DNA of 64,000 nt from NCBI RefSeq assembly GCF_000981445.1, contig NC_027216.1, positions 1,984,001-2,048,000 on the forward strand, in the 5' to 3' direction. Source of the DNA: Babesia bigemina (Eukaryota). The position numbers were made by a program, and so were the translations under genes. Positions 59,847 through 64,000 of the stretch are shown here, one piece after another (position 1 is the stretch's first letter; every line of letters begins with the position of its first letter). The notes beneath the pieces are model-generated. The model made no database searches, was not told where the DNA came from, and saw only the letters and a list, made by a program, of their open reading frames with translations.

Positions 59847-61634
59847 ATGCAGTGCATATTGAATAGGATTACGCTACTGGCTACGCCAGTTATTTTCTTT
59901 CTTTGGCTATCCACGGAGATTTCGCCTGCAGGATGCGCCTTCGTGACCTTCCAGAACGAGCCCACGTCCACGAGAGGCACCAGGAGGTCTTCCCGTTCGT
60001 CGCGCAATCAACAGGCGACTTCGAGTACTTCGCAAGCTGGAGCTGGTGAGGCTACAGAGCGCACGGGGGGCAGAGCTGCGGGCTCCAAGCTTATCCCGCA
60101 AACGCCATGGACCAGGTACATGATCAAGTACGACATCGCTCGCTGCCACGGATCCGGTATTTTCGTCGACATCGGAGGATACGAGGCTGTTGGAAACAAG
60201 TATTATCGTATGCCCACAGGAAAATGCCCCGTTATGGGTAAGGTCATCAACCTTGCGAGCGGTGCGGACTTCCTCGAACCGATTTCTGCCGACAACCCTC
60301 GCTACAGGGGTCTGGCGTTCCCCGAGACTGTGATCAAGCACACTGGAGCTTCGGCAGGTGCTCTTACAAACGCAGGCAGCATCCACGGTAATTTGTCGCC
60401 AGTATCAGCCGCCGACCTCCGTAAGTGGGGTTACAAGGGAAACGCCGTTACTAACTGCGCCGAATACGCCAGCAACATCGTGCCCGGTTCCGACCAGAGG
60501 ACCAAGTACAGGTACCCCTTCGTCTACGATGGAAAGGAGGAGATGTGTTACATCCTGTACTCTCCGATGCAGTACAACCAGGGAACCAGGTACTGTGACG
60601 AGGACGGATCAGCGAAGGAAGGACCTAGCTCGTTGCTCTGTATGAAACCGTACAAAAGCGAGGCCGATGCGCACCTGTACTACGGATCAGCGCGCATTGA
60701 CCCGAAGTGGGATCAGAACTGCCCTATGAAGCCCATAAAGGACGCCATTTTCGGTACGTGGGTTTCCGGCGCCTGTGTTGCACTCGAATCTGCTTTTGAG
60801 GAGTATGTCGACAGCGCTGAGGAATGTGCTGCGATCCTGTTCGAAAATTCAGCTGCGGATGTTGACATTGACATCGACTCGGAGAGGTACAATGAAATCA
60901 GCGAGCTCTACAATGGTCTCAAGAACCTTCATCTTCAGCAGATCGCATTCTCGCTGTTTGCCCCTATGGCGAAATCAGCCGCTTCCGCCACGCTGTCCAA
61001 GGGTGTCGGTATGAACTGGGCGAACTACGAGTCCGCAACAGGTGTTTGCCGTATCCTGAACACAACGCCTACCTGCCTCATCATCAACGCCGGCAGCCTG
61101 GCCATGACCGCCCTCGGTTCCCCGTTGGAGTCGGACGCCATTAACTACCCGTGCCACATCGACACCCTTGGTTACGTCGAGCCGCGCAAGAGGGACAGTA
61201 GGGAAGATGGCGACAGGAACTCCGGTATCACCACCGCTCTCAACATGCAAACTTTGAAGTGCACGAAATACGTCCACTCGAAGTATTCTGAAAGCTGTGG
61301 CACGTACTACTACTGCTCCGAGGAGAAATCCGGCTACCTCAGCAGGCTGTACCAGTTCATGTGCTCGCACAACGTGAAGAAGGCTGCGGTTATTTCCACG
61401 GCGCTCGTGTTGCTTTGCTTGGCCATCTACTGGATTTACCAGAGGCTCTGGAGCACGAAGAAGGGTCGTCAGCACGATGATTACGACCGCCTTATGAGCA
61501 AGTACGAGTATGACGATGTATCGCATGACAATATCGAGCCGGAGCACCAACTGAGAACAGACGCGTACATCTGGGGAGAGGCTGCCGCCAGACCCAGTGA
61601 CATAACGCCAGTACACCTGACTAAGCTCAACTGA
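59847..61634 (+). CDS. AMA1: Apical membrane antigen 1, 595 aa, intronless
   Basis: PWTRYMIKYDI..HGSGIFVDIG, YRMPTGKCPVMGK, YRYPFVYD, G.NWANY, PTCLI, TALGSP, TM and cytoplasmic YIWGE motif. Confidence 0.97.
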   Translation: MQCILNRITLLATPVIFFLWLSTEISPAGCAFVTFQNEPTSTRGTRRSSRSSRNQQATSSTSQAGAGEATERTGGRAAGSKLIPQTPWTRYMIKYDIARCHGSGIFVDIGGYEAVGNKYYRMPTGKCPVMGKVINLASGADFLEPISADNPRYRGLAFPETVIKHTGASAGALTNAGSIHGNLSPVSAADLRKWGYKGNAVTNCAEYASNIVPGSDQRTKYRYPFVYDGKEEMCYILYSPMQYNQGTRYCDEDGSAKEGPSSLLCMKPYKSEADAHLYYGSARIDPKWDQNCPMKPIKDAIFGTWVSGACVALESAFEEYVDSAEECAAILFENSAADVDIDIDSERYNEISELYNGLKNLHLQQIAFSLFAPMAKSAASATLSKGVGMNWANYESATGVCRILNTTPTCLIINAGSLAMTALGSPLESDAINYPCHIDTLGYVEPRKRDSREDGDRNSGITTALNMQTLKCTKYVHSKYSESCGTYYYCSEEKSGYLSRLYQFMCSHNVKKAAVISTALVLLCLAIYWIYQRLWSTKKGRQHDDYDRLMSKYEYDDVSHDNIEPEHQLRTDAYIWGEAAARPSDITPVHLTKLN

Positions 61635-63777
61635 GCAGTCCACAATAACGTGATTTTTAATGCGAGTATTTAAATGTATACCTACACGTTCATTCCTGTC
61701 AGAATTCGTTGAGAACATGCACAATTGCAGAGGAAACTAAAATGATAAGTAGAATGACGAGCCGATTCGTAGTTGGTTTACTACTGTTGATGATATATAT
61801 ATATATCTCCTGTCTGCATATCTGCAAGGCGTCACCAACGTTGATGCACTTGGAATATGTCCGTTAACGTTTGGAAGATTATCAGTACCGTTGTTATATC
61901 CAATGACTTTATTAGAATTTACATGCTGTGGAATCCCAATCTTTCCGTTTATAAACGTCTAAAGTTCACATACATAAGCTGTTTAATTACGCGGCCAGTG
62001 TCTACGGGTTACTTTTAAGGCAAACGCTTCAATTAGCGATACGCGGAACCACGCTAAGAGAATCCCCCAAAGGATCGCGCATTACAAGTATTTTGATTAT
62101 TCATAACACTTAAGCCATATAAATATTCAATACTCATTGATTGTGCAAAATGACGGTTAGACGATAACCAATGAAGGATGTTCTACACACCTAACACCAT
62201 CGTACACATTGTCGTGGCGTTGCGACGTATCCTTGTTTATCCAAATTAAAAATGCAATGGGCATTACAGTTTTAAACTCCACAGATGAACAACAACTCAA
62301 TAACATAGGAGAAGCTCTAGCTCAGACGGAATATCATACCAAATGCAGTCCGCTTGCGCTCGTTACTCCCTTTACCAGAAATACTTCAATAAATGCCTAC
62401 GGGAGTGGTATCATCAAAAGAGTAACGGTTCAGGATTCTACTATGCTAATCCACCGGGAATCCTTTTCACTCCGCTAAGGTCGGTTCGGTTGGTTACAAC
62501 ATACAGACACATAGATCATCGAAGCGTCAAGAGGGGACCTTCTCCGTGCCTATGTCACATTGGTTCTTCGATAAACGTGCAACAGATCAAAATGTGTCAC
62601 GTAATGTCGACGTGTTTCGTACACCAAGCAGCGCGGACAGCCGAGAAGCAGGAATGAATTATCTGCATATGGGATACGACGTATCATATACTTTGTCTCT
62701 GGGTAAACTCGTCCATAAGCATATGGACATCACCCATACCGCTTTCTGCAACCATTACGACATCGCTTTCAACACATTGTACAATGTCGGCAGGTGAGTC
62801 CGCACCTTATGTTTTCTATGATATGGCAAGTGGTTTCGTGTATGATCTATATTGAAAAGTACGCAGTAAATGGCATAGTCAATGTAATATTGTGCACGAT
62901 ACATAAACAGTATTATCGTCATCCGTGCAATCTATAGTGTACTGATCACTTGAACAACTAAACCCGCTTTCAGGAGTCTGGATTTATCACCTGAAGCTTT
63001 CACTGAATTTCCCAACTTCAGGTTGGTAACAGGAAACATTTTCGGCATTCATTCTATTTTGACGGAGCCATGTTTCAGAACCGTGATCATGTCGGTTAGG
63101 CGTAAAAAGTTGGTTCGCCACTGTAATCTGTAACAATGTTACAGTATGAAGGAAATGCTTCACTATCGTACTCTTACATCTGTAGCGAACGCCGTAACCA
63201 AGGGCGGGTGCATCATACTCATTGCAAGAGATACAGAGGGTATGAACGGAATACAGAAAAGATTTGACAGCCCACAAGTAAGCGATGGTTTATTATTTTA
63301 AATTGATTATAGATATCGCAATTGTTTGTCCAAAGAGAAGGGTTAAGTATGCCAGCAATCATTCAGGGAGATGAAAATGGGCCCCATGGTTTCGGCCATG
63401 AATCGGATTACCCCTTCTTAGATTCCGAAGTGCATGATCATATCAAAACTATAATTGCTTGTGAAGCGAATTCCATTTCGCAACCCCTATACGTGTATAT
63501 ATACCACAAGTACAGTTCAAAACTGCCTAACCAGAGACTCTCTAAACCCGTTAATACGGTCTAATCAAATGCCGTTTTACCACCATCCAAAGTCTTTCTT
63601 AATTCATAACGCAGCCCTCAGACAATGAAGTTATAGATTATCAATTTTGAATTGTTGAGACCAAGGTTTAATAAGCGGCTTGCTAACATTACCTCAATCC
63701 ATTGTGTGTCATACAAGCTGCCAAGCTTTTATTACTCAACGTTTAGTGTCATTGGAACTTCCGAATAAGGCAAAACC

Positions 63778-64000
63778 ATGAATGTGACACATATGAAGTA
63801 CGTCATCATCATCGTGGAGATAGGAATCACCAATCGAGACTACCTACTGGACACGGATAAGTTCAAGAAGCAGAAGTACGAAGACCTTATCGAGGATCTC
63901 AAGGCGCGACAGTTTAACCAGCAAACCAAGATCAGGGTTATCCCCTACGTTATGACGTGGGAGGGAATAGCGACAAAGGAGCACAGGAAGTACAGACGGG
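63778..64000 (+). mobile_element. Fragment of a non-LTR retrotransposon restriction-like endonuclease region (runs off the window)
   Basis: Open frame MNVTHMKYVIIIVEIGITNRDYLLDTDKFKKQKYEDLIEDLK...IRVIPYVMTWEGIATKEHRKYRR; in-frame stop upstream at 63766; GC content rises at the boundary. Confidence 0.7.

Noticed and set aside
46434..61724. Many long antisense or alternate-frame ORFs (e.g. 51033-51869 -, 60975-61724 -, 47387-47854 +)
   Set aside because: Shadow ORFs produced by the GC3 bias of the real genes on the opposite strand or frame.
61792..61806. (TA)n microsatellite after AMA1
   Set aside because: Short and ordinary.

Overview
Eukaryotic, intron-rich DNA from a Babesia sensu stricto piroplasm. 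The 595-aa AMA1 and the VESA-like genes point to B. bigemina or a close relative; this is an inference. Housekeeping genes, mostly with ~33-37 nt introns, are the UTP14 3' end, RPC34, a probable NADAR-FHA-RRM fusion, PRP2/DHX16, DIM1/TXNL4A, FAM76-like, CDC45-like, CDC50/LEM3 and AMA1. Two accessory clusters (~10.3-19.5 kb and ~28.5-45.3 kb) are built from direct and inverted segmental duplications. They hold VESA-related genes and 11 small single-TM genes (9 Cys-rich, 2 lacking the Cys domain) with shared upstream motifs, 23-24 nt GT-AG 5'-UTR intron candidates, and a repeated 3' splice cassette containing a 5-nt microexon. A long VESA-like protein carries NQGKKAEGAQ repeats like those of mammalian RRBP1. 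The last ~220 nt encode what looks like the restriction-like endonuclease region of a non-LTR retrotransposon. All exon structures were inferred by eye and no database searches were run.
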